A DNA stretch of 38,230 bases, taken from positions 1-38,230 of the IMG/VR virus record IMGVR_UViG_3300020045_004726; one strand, 5' to 3'. The notes under the pieces were generated by a model, which was not told the origin of the DNA, ran no database searches, and saw only the letters and a list, made by a program, of their open reading frames with translations. Below are positions 9,044 to 17,724 of the stretch, piece by piece. Positions within the stretch are counted from its first letter, which is position 1, and each line of letters begins with the position of its first letter. Position numbers and translations under genes: made by a program. The DNA comes from a virus.

Positions 9044-10072
9044 TTAGAGCATGCCGAGACGGTCGGCGGTTGCTCGGATCGTTTCTTCCATCGTGCCAAC
9101 CGGCTGCTTGCTCGGCATCGAACCCCTGCGGGTCAGATTCACCGATGCGGCACGTTTGGCTTCCTGTGTTTTTGCGGCGACTGATACGCGTCTCGCGGCC
9201 TCGCTTGCTGCTTGCTGTTCGGCAAGTACGGCGGTGCGGGTCTGCGGGTTGGCATAGACGGCCATGTCATAGGCTTCGTCGAGCGTGGTTGCTTGCTGCG
9301 CCTGTAAAAGCGCAGCCATTTGCCCCCGGACACTCTCAAAATGCTTATGGCTAGGATCGGCGGAGAAGCGGCTAATCTCGCTGTTTAGCGCTGCCTGCTC
9401 TTGCTGCTGTCCCACTAAGGTCTGCTGTTGAATCCATCCCGAAAGCTGCTGCACCTGTTGTTGCAGGCTCTGCACATTCGGGTCCATGGGTTGCGGTTCG
9501 GGCAGGCTGGATACGTCAATGCCGTACGCCTTGCCAAGCTCCGCAAAATACGCTTGCTTCTGCTGCGGTGTTCCATAGCGCAGTTTCTGATCTGCGCCGA
9601 GGAGTTCGGAAATCGCCTTGTCGGGCGAGATTCCTAGATTCTGTAGGGTCTGCATGTGCGGCTGAATGACCGACTGCATGGTTTGGCCGAACTGTGCATT
9701 CCCCCGGAATTGCTCGATACCCTTGTGCATTTCCTCAGAGCGACGAATGAACGCGGCTTTAACTGCGTCTGAGGCTTGCGCAAAGGCTTCTGCTTCGTCT
9801 TTCCGCAGTCCCAAGCGCTGCACTTCGGGCGGAACGACTACGGGCGCTGCCGGCTCGTCTGCGACCTCTTCGGCGGGCGTTACCGGCTCGATTGCTTCTT
9901 CTGCCTTGGCGAACTTGCCCGCCTCGTCACGATTTCGGCTGGCCGGCTCTACTACTTCTTCCGGCGCGTCTCGCGCTTCAATCTCGGCCAGAGTGTCCCG
10001 GATCGTGTCATCCATCGACTTTTCAACGGGTTCGATTACCTCTTCGGGGGTATCCCCTGCGTCATCAATCAA
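9044..10072 (-). CDS. Scaffolding protein (putative), 342 aa
   Basis: Acidic N-terminus with repeated EEV(I/V)EP motifs and a Gln-rich helical remainder. TTG start 7 nt after GGAG. Lies between the portal region and the capsid gene. Confidence 0.65.
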   Translation of the reverse strand: MIDDAGDTPEEVIEPVEKSMDDTIRDTLAEIEARDAPEEVVEPASRNRDEAGKFAKAEEAIEPVTPAEEVADEPAAPVVVPPEVQRLGLRKDEAEAFAQASDAVKAAFIRRSEEMHKGIEQFRGNAQFGQTMQSVIQPHMQTLQNLGISPDKAISELLGADQKLRYGTPQQKQAYFAELGKAYGIDVSSLPEPQPMDPNVQSLQQQVQQLSGWIQQQTLVGQQQEQAALNSEISRFSADPSHKHFESVRGQMAALLQAQQATTLDEAYDMAVYANPQTRTAVLAEQQAASEAARRVSVAAKTQEAKRAASVNLTRRGSMPSKQPVGTMEETIRATADRLGML

Positions 10073-10143
10073 TTTATTACTCCAGTCGATGAGCCGGAAT
10101 TACACCGGCTCCCTGCGCATCGCTGCGTTAAGGATTTACAGGC

Positions 10144-10168
10144 ACAAAAAAAGCACCCGGAGGTGCTT
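10144..10168 (-). terminator. Intrinsic terminator after Gp49-like copy A
   Basis: Minus strand reads AGCACC-TCCG-GGTGCT followed by TTTTTTTG. Confidence 0.7.
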
Positions 10169-10195
10169 GGTTAGCTGGTGCCAGTCAGCTAAGTT

Positions 10196-10549
10196 CTAAG
10201 CAAGGCTGCTTTTCAGAGCGTAGCCCATCAGCGGCCAGATTTTGGCGACGGCGTTCTGCCTGGCGATCTTCCGGCCAATCTCAGCGTTGAAGTTCTCGGG
10301 ACTGGCACAGGCCGACTCGCCGGTAACGGTGAAGCCATTGCGAAGCGTTAAGACACAGAATGTGAGCAGGCGATGCGCCTTGATTGCCGACGCAGGGCGG
10401 TCGTCGTTGCATACCTCAAGCCCAAAAGCCGCCTCCCTTGCCGTAAAAAACAATTCGTCGATGATATTCGCCTCGATGTCAGCCGGCGTGACGCGCGGAG
10501 CGGTCAGACCCTTGGCTTGGATTTCCTGCTCGATTGCTTGGTCGGTCAT
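10196..10549 (-). CDS. N4 gp49 / Sf6 gp66-family protein, copy A, 117 aa
   Basis: Motif ...LTFCVLTLRNGFTVTGESACASPENFNAEIGRKIARQNAVAKIWPLMGY... Paralog of 13493-13849. Confidence 0.75.
   Translation of the reverse strand: MTDQAIEQEIQAKGLTAPRVTPADIEANIIDELFFTAREAAFGLEVCNDDRPASAIKAHRLLTFCVLTLRNGFTVTGESACASPENFNAEIGRKIARQNAVAKIWPLMGYALKSSLA
10485..10534. repeat. 50-nt block 100% identical to 13785-13834 (5' coding part of Gp49-like copy A)
   Basis: Read directly: ggcgtgacgcgcggagcggtcagacccttggcttggatttcctgctcgat occurs in both copies. The flanking bases differ. Confidence 0.95.
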
Positions 10550-10558
10550 GGCTGCCTT

Positions 10559-10765
10559 TTAGGAAAGTTTGGTCTGAATATTCGCGGCGGCTTGAGCGGC
10601 GGTCTGCGTGTTGAGGATCTGCGTCCAGCCCGACTTTTCCGCCGTGCTGTTGGCGTTCTGCACATAAACATCAGTCGTCGTCGCGCCCATGTTGAACGCG
10701 GTGATGCGTGCGCACAGGCCGGTGCTGTCGAGTTGCGTCTGCAGTGCTGCTTCAGTGAATGCCAT
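10559..10765 (-). CDS. Hypothetical protein, 68 aa
   Basis: ORF track. Tightly packed between the Zn-ribbon gene and Gp49-like A. Confidence 0.55.
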   Translation of the reverse strand: MAFTEAALQTQLDSTGLCARITAFNMGATTTDVYVQNANSTAEKSGWTQILNTQTAAQAAANIQTKLS

Positions 10766-10774
10766 GTCTTCCCC

Positions 10775-11158
10775 TTAGAGTGCAGTTTCGAGCGTGCGCC
10801 GCTGCTCGGGTTTGAGTTGCGCGAATGCCATCTCAGCCGCCTTTGTCAGCGCGGCGTCTTCTTTCTGTTCCTGATAGCCCTTCTGGCGGTCGGCTTCCTT
10901 GGTTTCCTGCTCCATGCCTTCCCACGGGCGGCACCCGTTGCGCTTCAAGTCCTCTGAGCGCTCTGAGCGTGAGTTAATCCACCGGCCAGTAATGGGCGAC
11001 TGATACGCGGGAATGTCCACAATGCCCATTGGCGCGGTAAAGATTCGCTTTTCTGTCTTGGTGCCGCAACACTCTGGCGTATCCATGCAGCGGGCAACCG
11101 ATTGGTAGTATTCATGGTATGCGCCGCACTTGTGGCACATGGCTTGATAGCAAGGCAC
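10775..11158 (-). CDS. FmdB-like zinc-ribbon protein, 127 aa
   Basis: N-terminus MPCYQAMCHKCG ... PECCG (CxxC pair pattern). The GTG start overlaps the portal stop by 1 nt. Confidence 0.6.
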   Translation of the reverse strand: MPCYQAMCHKCGAYHEYYQSVARCMDTPECCGTKTEKRIFTAPMGIVDIPAYQSPITGRWINSRSERSEDLKRNGCRPWEGMEQETKEADRQKGYQEQKEDAALTKAAEMAFAQLKPEQRRTLETAL

Positions 11159-13428
11159 TATTCGGCTCCCTGGCTGGCTGCGCTCATCTGAGCAGATTGC
11201 AACGTGGTTGCGCTGGAAATCTCGGCGACTTCGATGCGCGCTTGGTTGTTCATATGAGCAAGAAGAATCTGAATCTGCCGGTCAGCCTCGGCTGCGCGCT
11301 CTTCTGACGCCATACGCTGCGCCTCAAGCCTCGCGTCGAGTTCCGCCTGCATCTGCGCCCTCTGCGACTCAAGCGCGTTCTGGTGCTCGTTCTGCTGCGC
11401 CTGCACCTGCTGCTCATGAGCTTGTAGTTGTGCGGTAAGCCGTGCGCTGTTCTGCTCGGCCTGTGCGTCTGCGGCCAATTGGCTTTGGTGCTGCTTCTCG
11501 TCAATCTGCGACTGAAACACAGCCATCTGCTGTTCGTGCTGCTGCTGCATCTGCTGCTTCTGAATGTCGGCCTGCACCTTGGCTGCGTTCGGGTCTTCCT
11601 GCGGCTTGGGCTGGCTCATCTTGTCCAGCGCATCCTCTACCGCGTTGCCCAACTTGGCACGGCGGCAGACGGTCATGATGATTTCTTTGACCGCTTCCAT
11701 CGGCATGACGCCCATCTGAACAGCCGGCGCGAATCCCTCGGCCACCTTAACCACCGCAGTCAATACCTGCGTCAATCCGCTCATATCATCGTCAAGCGTC
11801 GATGCGATGGTGCTGTCCGTCTCCACATCAACGCGGAACGTGCGTTGTTTATCGTCGCGCATGCACTGAATGACGGCTTCCCATGTGATCGGGTCAGGCG
11901 GCATCTGAGGCGGCGGCGGGGGCTGCTGGCCGGTCATTTGCGCTTGCTGGGCCTGCTGCTGGTACTGCGTCATGATCTGCTGCTTGTGCTGGTCAATCTC
12001 GGCCTGGTGCGGAAGCTTTACGCCGGTCATCGTTGCCAACGTCTCAGGCGCGAACTTCTCGCCGATCAATTCCGATTGCAAGCGGATGATGTCGCGGATA
12101 AATCGAGCCACTTCCTTCTGCATGCGCTGGAGCCTCTGAGTACCCCATTGCGTCTTGATCTTCTGCGCGCCGAACGTTTCGGACGGGTCAGACGCTGACC
12201 GCATAATGTCGCTGATGCCGGTAAGCTCGTAGATCGTCTGCTTCGTCTGGTCGCGCTGGATGTAGAGCGCTTGAATAACCCTGGCCGCCTGCTCGATAGG
12301 CAGCATCCAGATGAATTTATCCAGCCCGCCACGCTCAGCCAGCGCCACGGCGTTCTGCGCTGGGACTAGCTCGTTATCCTCACCTTTCATTACCTCGGAC
12401 ATTTCCGACAATGATGCGTCGTAGATGCCGCGATTGCGCAAACCTTCGACCAGCTTGTTGATCCGTGCGCTGATGCGGTTCAGTTCCTCGGCCTGCTCTT
12501 TGTACAGGTCATAAATAACCGTCGGCACAAGGCTGGTGCTGTCCTCAATCGCATAGATCGGACGCGGATTTGGAAAGAACCCTTGCAGCCCCAGAGGATC
12601 AGGAACGCATTTAAGCGGCGCATCCTTGTAGTTCTGGCATACGAAAATGACTTCGCGCTCTTCCTTGTTCCAAACCTCCCATACCTCGGCAGTCTGGAAT
12701 GACTGCGCTAGATGCTCGTCGCGCTGTGCGGTCAGATCCTCGTCGTCGGTCGAGTCGAGCTTAACCAGCTTGCCCACGTCGCCGAACTGTTCCTCTAGCT
12801 CGTCACGCGTCAGACGGTGCCGGAACGCTTCCCACTGGACTTCGCCCCACGTCTTGCCTGTGCCGATGCGGAAGTCATCCCATTGCACATGCTCGATGGG
12901 CGCTTGTTCCCACGATACTTCCTCGCTGTCACCTTCTAACGCCTCTTCGCCGGACTTATGCTGCTCTGTGTCTTCTTCGTGCGTTTCCGGCGTCTGTCCG
13001 ACTTGCTCGATGTTCGGAACGTAGCGGACGCGAGCCAAGCCACGGCCAGGAAGCAGCACGTCGAGAACGACATTCTGCATGTCATGATCGAAATCGGTCG
13101 TATCCAGGCCGTAATCCAGCGCCCGAGCGAGTACCGTCGATACTTGCTTGCCCAGTGCGTCGTCATCTTTGAAGCGTCGGCGTACGTCAGCCTTTGGCAC
13201 CGAGTTGTAGACGGCCTGGCGCAGCGTCTCGGTGTTGCTCCACAGGATATTGAAGCTGTGGCGCTTCGTGTCCTTGGCTTTGTACTTCTCGTACGCCTTG
13301 AGAGCCGATGCGCGCCAGTCTTTCTCGCGCTTGGTGGCGAGCTTGATCTCAAGCAGCCAGCGGCGAACGATCCCAGGCGCGCCCTTCTCTACCTCTTCTG
13401 GACGTTCAAGGGTATCGATTTCTGACAT
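11158..13428 (-). CDS. Portal protein, 756 aa, with a Gln-rich C-terminal helical extension
   Basis: Size, position in the packaging/head operon, and the motif ...FNILWSNTETLRQAVY... ATG 13428 is preceded by GGAG. C-terminal region of about 150 aa is Gln/Ala-rich coiled coil, plus a PPPPPQMPP segment. Confidence 0.85.
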   Translation of the reverse strand: MSEIDTLERPEEVEKGAPGIVRRWLLEIKLATKREKDWRASALKAYEKYKAKDTKRHSFNILWSNTETLRQAVYNSVPKADVRRRFKDDDALGKQVSTVLARALDYGLDTTDFDHDMQNVVLDVLLPGRGLARVRYVPNIEQVGQTPETHEEDTEQHKSGEEALEGDSEEVSWEQAPIEHVQWDDFRIGTGKTWGEVQWEAFRHRLTRDELEEQFGDVGKLVKLDSTDDEDLTAQRDEHLAQSFQTAEVWEVWNKEEREVIFVCQNYKDAPLKCVPDPLGLQGFFPNPRPIYAIEDSTSLVPTVIYDLYKEQAEELNRISARINKLVEGLRNRGIYDASLSEMSEVMKGEDNELVPAQNAVALAERGGLDKFIWMLPIEQAARVIQALYIQRDQTKQTIYELTGISDIMRSASDPSETFGAQKIKTQWGTQRLQRMQKEVARFIRDIIRLQSELIGEKFAPETLATMTGVKLPHQAEIDQHKQQIMTQYQQQAQQAQMTGQQPPPPPQMPPDPITWEAVIQCMRDDKQRTFRVDVETDSTIASTLDDDMSGLTQVLTAVVKVAEGFAPAVQMGVMPMEAVKEIIMTVCRRAKLGNAVEDALDKMSQPKPQEDPNAAKVQADIQKQQMQQQHEQQMAVFQSQIDEKQHQSQLAADAQAEQNSARLTAQLQAHEQQVQAQQNEHQNALESQRAQMQAELDARLEAQRMASEERAAEADRQIQILLAHMNNQARIEVAEISSATTLQSAQMSAASQGAE

Positions 13429-13492
13429 TTAGTGCTCCGGCGCTTCGCAGCGTTAAGGAATTCGGTGTTTGTGCAGAGGGAGTCGGAGAGGC

Positions 13493-13849
13493 TTAGATTC
13501 CGGCTAGTTTGCTGCGAAGCTCATAGCCCATCAGTGGCCAGATTTTGGCGACTGCATTCTGGCGGGCAATCTTCTTGCCAAGTTCGGCGTCAAAGTTTTC
13601 GGGACTTGCACAGGCCGACTCACCAGTAACAGTGAACCCGTTCTTCATGAGCAGGACGCAGAACGTGAGCAATGCCAACGGCTGAGCGGGATTCCCTGCT
13701 TCAGGATAAATGCCAGAGTTACCGGCAGCGCCCTCCGCTGCCGTAAAGTAGAACTCTCTGGCGATATTTTTCTCAATCTCCAAAGGCGTGACGCGCGGAG
13801 CGGTCAGACCCTTGGCTTGGATTTCCTGCTCGATGGATTGGTCAGTCAT
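13493..13849 (-). CDS. N4 gp49 / Sf6 gp66-family protein, copy B, 118 aa
   Basis: Motif ...LTFCVLLMKNGFTVTGESACASPENFDAELGKKIARQNAVAKIWPLMGY... ATG 13849 is preceded by AAGGAG. Confidence 0.8.
   Translation of the reverse strand: MTDQSIEQEIQAKGLTAPRVTPLEIEKNIAREFYFTAAEGAAGNSGIYPEAGNPAQPLALLTFCVLLMKNGFTVTGESACASPENFDAELGKKIARQNAVAKIWPLMGYELRSKLAGI
13785..13834. repeat. 50-nt block 100% identical to 10485-10534 (5' coding part of Gp49-like copy B)
   Basis: Read directly. The offset between the two copies is exactly 3300 bp. Confidence 0.95.
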
Positions 13850-13896
13850 GGTGATGCTCCTTGAAAATGAAATTAGTGCAGAAGGGGATTAGAAAA

Positions 13897-15396
13897 TCAG
13901 TCGTAACCGAGGGCTTGCAGCTTCGCCTTGACTGCCGCTGCTACCGCGGTCTGTCCTGCGTCACTCCAATGTACCGAGTCATCCAGCGACCGAAGCTGGC
14001 GCGGCACAACACCATTGGCAATGTCTGTGGCGTCGTTCGCGTTCGGCGTGATGTTGTGTGGCGCTCCCGCAACAGCAGCCAGCCCGTTGTCAATAAGCCA
14101 TTGGCGAATATCGAGGTAGTTGCTTCCGCAGAGTGCAGCGATTCCAGCGTTCGCGGCGATTATCGTCGTGTACCTAGCCCCGCCGCTGATTCCGTCCGAG
14201 TTGATATTCCCGTTCGGGATGCCCAAGAATATCCATTTTGCAGATGGATCAGCAGCGAGCAATGTCTCTACCATCGTTGTCGCACGCGCAATAATGAGCG
14301 CGCTACCGTTTCCGATGCTGTTGTATCCGCCTTCAAGAATCCATATTTTGTCCCTGTATTTTGCCGCCGCTTGCGTTACGGTTTCGATGGTGTACGGGCC
14401 GACTGGATTCGTCATGGTGTCAATAATCTGATCCATGCTCAATGATCCAACGCCACAATTTATCCTTCGGCGCACAAGGTTGAGACTGCGGGATACCTTG
14501 AACATCCACGTATCTTTTGGATATACGGTTGAGCCAGTGCCATACACCAGCGAATCCCCGTACCCGATCAGTGCAGTGTCTGCGCGAATTGCAGGGGTGC
14601 CGCTTGCCAAAACAAAGTCGCCGCCAGTGCCCTTGTTTGTTAGTATGTTTGACGCAGCGGCCATGCCTTGCAGCGAGAGGTATACCTTCGGTGCCGTACC
14701 CGTAACGAGGCTGCCCGTTGCACCAACATCAACGGGATTTCCTGCTGAATAGACCTTGCTGAGATTCGCCGACCAATCAATCTTGACGCTAGGCCAGTAC
14801 ATGATTTCGCGGAGCGTTCCGGAAATTGGGCTTGCCCCCACGATGGACGCGCCAATCGCCGGTAGGCCGATCAGGACAGGGGTAAACGCAATATCCGTAT
14901 CCTGCGTTACCGCCATGTCCAGCACACCGTCACGGTATAGCTGCGCCTGTTTTAGCCCGACTCCAAAGTTAGTATTCCACGAAATGGCATAGTGGCTTTC
15001 GACGCCCTTGGCGAGAGTCGACGTAGTTGTGAAAATGAAATACTTGGCGCCGTCGAATAAAACAACTCGCAACTTGCTTGCGTTTGTTACGTCAATCCAT
15101 GCATACGAGTTTGATAGAACGAAAACATTGTGATAGGTCGTGTCCACAAAGTTCGGGGCAAACCAGAAAGAAACCGACCCTGACGAGTTGTTCGCCACGC
15201 CCGTTAGTTGAGAGGCGCGGGTCATGTAGTTGTCACCTTCAGCCATGATGGACGCGAAAAGGGTCGCCATCACGTTCTGATAAGCCCCGGCGACTTTGGT
15301 GAATATCCCAGCGACGGCAGAATAAACGCCTGACTTCTTGACGCTCACGGCAACGGGCGCAGCGTAGACGCCGCCTTTCTTTATCTGGAATCCCAT
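13897..15396 (-). CDS. Virion fibre-like protein with a LamG (concanavalin-like) domain and a C-terminal SGNH/GDSL esterase, 499 aa
   Basis: N-terminal repeats KKGGVYAAPVAV / KKSGVYSAVAGI. LamG-like core (SVSFWFAP...HYAISW...LYRDGVL...GTLREIMYW). SGNH blocks GDSLVYG, GGYNS and DDSVHW. Confidence 0.75.
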   Translation of the reverse strand: MGFQIKKGGVYAAPVAVSVKKSGVYSAVAGIFTKVAGAYQNVMATLFASIMAEGDNYMTRASQLTGVANNSSGSVSFWFAPNFVDTTYHNVFVLSNSYAWIDVTNASKLRVVLFDGAKYFIFTTTSTLAKGVESHYAISWNTNFGVGLKQAQLYRDGVLDMAVTQDTDIAFTPVLIGLPAIGASIVGASPISGTLREIMYWPSVKIDWSANLSKVYSAGNPVDVGATGSLVTGTAPKVYLSLQGMAAASNILTNKGTGGDFVLASGTPAIRADTALIGYGDSLVYGTGSTVYPKDTWMFKVSRSLNLVRRRINCGVGSLSMDQIIDTMTNPVGPYTIETVTQAAAKYRDKIWILEGGYNSIGNGSALIIARATTMVETLLAADPSAKWIFLGIPNGNINSDGISGGARYTTIIAANAGIAALCGSNYLDIRQWLIDNGLAAVAGAPHNITPNANDATDIANGVVPRQLRSLDDSVHWSDAGQTAVAAAVKAKLQALGYD

Positions 15397-15398
15397 GA

Positions 15399-15602
15399 CT
15401 ACACCGTCTGGATGTAGATCGTGCCGTCGCTGCGGCCATCACCGTTGACCGGCGCGGTGCTGCTGACGACGATATTTACACTCCCCCCGGTGAGATTGGT
15501 AGTAGCTACAACCTCATCGCCACCCAACAGGTTAGCGCCGATCACATTGCTGCCCGCGAACGATGTAACAGTGCCTGCGCCAAGCTCGCCTTTAGTTGCC
15601 AT
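15399..15602 (-). CDS. Hypothetical Gly/Thr/Val-rich protein, 67 aa, first gene of the terL-portal insert
   Basis: ORF track. ATG 15602 abuts the terL stop (TAAATG). Confidence 0.5.
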   Translation of the reverse strand: MATKGELGAGTVTSFAGSNVIGANLLGGDEVVATTNLTGGSVNIVVSSTAPVNGDGRSDGTIYIQTV

Positions 15603-17006
15603 TTATTCTTCCCTGTTGCGCCGATGCGCTTTGATTAGCTCGTTGATCGTCTGCTGCTGCGGGAAGCGCGGTGGCGGCTTCTCGGCAGGCTTGTATTCTT
15701 CCCGCCATGCAATAGCGAGCATTCGGAATGCGTCTGATGCGTGCGAAGTCCAGTCATGCCGTGGCGCATCGCGGAACATCTTCTTGTCGTCGTCCCACTC
15801 GCGCTGATACTGCTTGAGCGCGTCTATGCCGTCCTCTGTGCCTACCGAATCGAACACGGTACGGGACAGCATAATTCGAGCAGCCTGTATGCCGTCCTGC
15901 ACACTCAGGCCGGGCACGATGCGCACGTTAGCCATTCCCAAAGCGGCCCACGCCTGCTCTTCAAACGATTTACCACGCGCCGCCAGCGTTTTAGCCTTCG
16001 CGTCGTGCGGCAACCAGTGCAACCCGTATTTATAGGGCTGGTCCTTGATGACTTTGAAATAGTCGTCAGGCTCAAGACCGGACGCGCCGTAATACTTCAA
16101 CACACGGACCTGACCGGCGATTACCTGATACCACCAGATAGCCGTGTCGTCCGAGAACCCCAAGTCCCAGGCGGTATGAACCGGATACTCCGGGGCATAC
16201 GGAACAACGCAAACCCGGCCTTGTTCCTCAGTCTCGCGCATCTCCCGGCCATAGAACGCGCCAAGTAGCGCAGCATCGAAGCTGCACAGATACTCTTGCT
16301 CGAACAGCGACGTTCCCTGATCTACCCCGTAGTCATCGATGTACGCTTGTTTCTCAGCGGCTAGGCGCTCGATACTGATCGAACTGGTATCGTAGGCTGT
16401 CAGCTTCTGCGCGAACGTTCCAGGGTCTTTCCTGCCGGCCTCATAGGTCTTGTACGCGTGATTCTTTCCCCGTGGCGTGGTGATGTACATCTGCCAGCCG
16501 TTGTTCTCGGCAAAGATCGGGCGAAGGTAAGCGCGAGCCGATGGGTTCGCCAACGCCCACTCAGAGAACACCACACCAGCAGGAGGCGAGCCAACCAGCG
16601 AGTTGTAGTTATCACTCCCCAGAACTTGCCACGTCGAGCCGTTCACGAAACGGATCATCATTTCCTGATCCTTCGTATTAGATCGAAGCTCCATGGGGAA
16701 CGATTCGTCTATCCGACGCTTGCCTGAGTGCGGGTTGATCGCCTCCCAAATAGCCTTACGGGCCTGTGCCGCCTCGGGCAACATGTGCCAGTAAGTAGCC
16801 TGGCGCTCGAATACAGCGCATGCAGTACGGTGTAAGGCGATCTCATCCTTGCCGCTGCGGCGATGCCAGATTAGCTCGGCGTGCTTGCCGCCGTTCTCTA
16901 GGTATTCCCACGCGGGCAACTGGTAATCACGCGGAACCCACCCGTTAGGCAGTCTGATTTTTGCCAAAGCGGATAATCTCAACAACAAGCGGCTTGTCTT
17001 CGTCAC
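15603..17006 (-). CDS. terL: Terminase large subunit, 467 aa
   Basis: P-loop-like WHRRSGKDE near the N-terminus and a C-terminal nuclease-like HWLPHDAKAK. GTG start at 17006 overlaps terS by 62 nt, so the exact start is uncertain. Confidence 0.85.
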   Translation of the reverse strand: MTKTSRLLLRLSALAKIRLPNGWVPRDYQLPAWEYLENGGKHAELIWHRRSGKDEIALHRTACAVFERQATYWHMLPEAAQARKAIWEAINPHSGKRRIDESFPMELRSNTKDQEMMIRFVNGSTWQVLGSDNYNSLVGSPPAGVVFSEWALANPSARAYLRPIFAENNGWQMYITTPRGKNHAYKTYEAGRKDPGTFAQKLTAYDTSSISIERLAAEKQAYIDDYGVDQGTSLFEQEYLCSFDAALLGAFYGREMRETEEQGRVCVVPYAPEYPVHTAWDLGFSDDTAIWWYQVIAGQVRVLKYYGASGLEPDDYFKVIKDQPYKYGLHWLPHDAKAKTLAARGKSFEEQAWAALGMANVRIVPGLSVQDGIQAARIMLSRTVFDSVGTEDGIDALKQYQREWDDDKKMFRDAPRHDWTSHASDAFRMLAIAWREEYKPAEKPPPRFPQQQTINELIKAHRRNREE

Positions 17007-17268
17007 CCACTATCGGCTGTGCTGGCTTGCCGTAAGCCCGTTCGATGATCGCCATCGCAGCGGTTAGCTTGTTGCGCTCACTCTCGCCGCCAATCATGAT
17101 CTGCTCGATGACCTCCAGTGCTGCGGGCGTCTTGGCCTTGCACGCTGCGACCAGATCAAGCTCCTGCGCGGTTTTCTTCGGCCTGCCGCCAGGATTGCCC
17201 GATTTGCCTTTCTTGAACCCCGCTACAGGGGGCGGGCGTTTCTTTGTTCCTGCATTGTTCTGAGTCAT
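16945..17268 (-). CDS. terS: Terminase small subunit (putative), 107 aa
   Basis: Basic N-terminus KKGKSGNPGGRPKK, typical of many small terminases. Lies directly upstream of terL. Confidence 0.7.
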   Translation of the reverse strand: MTQNNAGTKKRPPPVAGFKKGKSGNPGGRPKKTAQELDLVAACKAKTPAALEVIEQIMIGGESERNKLTAAMAIIERAYGKPAQPIVGDEDKPLVVEIIRFGKNQTA

Positions 17269-17296
17269 TTCTACCCTTTATGCAGGGGTAGCCCCG

Positions 17297-17491
17297 CTAA
17301 AGTACGCTGGTCAAATCCTTCAACGCTTGTTTGCTTACGATGACCGCTGCGCCTAGCATCTGAATGTCTGTATTGATAGATGCGATAGCGGCTTGGTGCG
17401 CTGCCTTACCATCCCTCGCAACCTGCAACAATCGTTCGTTCTCGGCGTGGAATGCTGCGGCATCAACAACGGCTTTGATTTCTGGCGTCAT
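17297..17491 (-). CDS. Hypothetical helical protein, 64 aa, first ORF after the late leader
   Basis: ORF track. ATG 17491 lies 7 nt after the T-tract of terminator 17498-17530, with GGTG as a possible RBS. Confidence 0.55.
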   Translation of the reverse strand: MTPEIKAVVDAAAFHAENERLLQVARDGKAAHQAAIASINTDIQMLGAAVIVSKQALKDLTSVL

Positions 17492-17497
17492 GGATCA

Positions 17498-17530
17498 CCA
17501 AAGAAAAAGCCCCGCCGATTATGGCGAGGC
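17498..17530 (-). terminator. Strong intrinsic terminator at the end of the late leader
   Basis: Minus strand reads GCCTCGCC-ATAATC-GGCGGGGC (8 bp, one G:U pair) followed by TTTTTCTTTGG. Confidence 0.75.
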
Positions 17531-17724
17531 TGGTTGGCTACCGGAGATGATCCCGGCTTGTCGGGAACGGGCATATTATCCCGACGCTCACCGTTGTCCT
17601 GCGCATCATCACTGCGCTATCGCCAACGTTAAAAGGTTCCCGGCTGCGGGATATGTCGCCTCACGGCGTTGCGCGATGGTCTGCGCGCTATCGGATCACC
17701 TGCCTTTCGACAGTTGCGAATCCG

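Noticed and set aside
7981-9354. A 457-aa plus-strand ORF antisense to the capsid and scaffold genes. Similar long antisense ORFs occur at 852-1469, 10373-10957, 11428-12198, 15741-16268 and 19947-20747.
   Set aside because: They are Arg/Leu/Gly-rich with no RBS, and they fully overlap well-supported minus-strand genes. Long open antisense frames are expected in GC-rich DNA.
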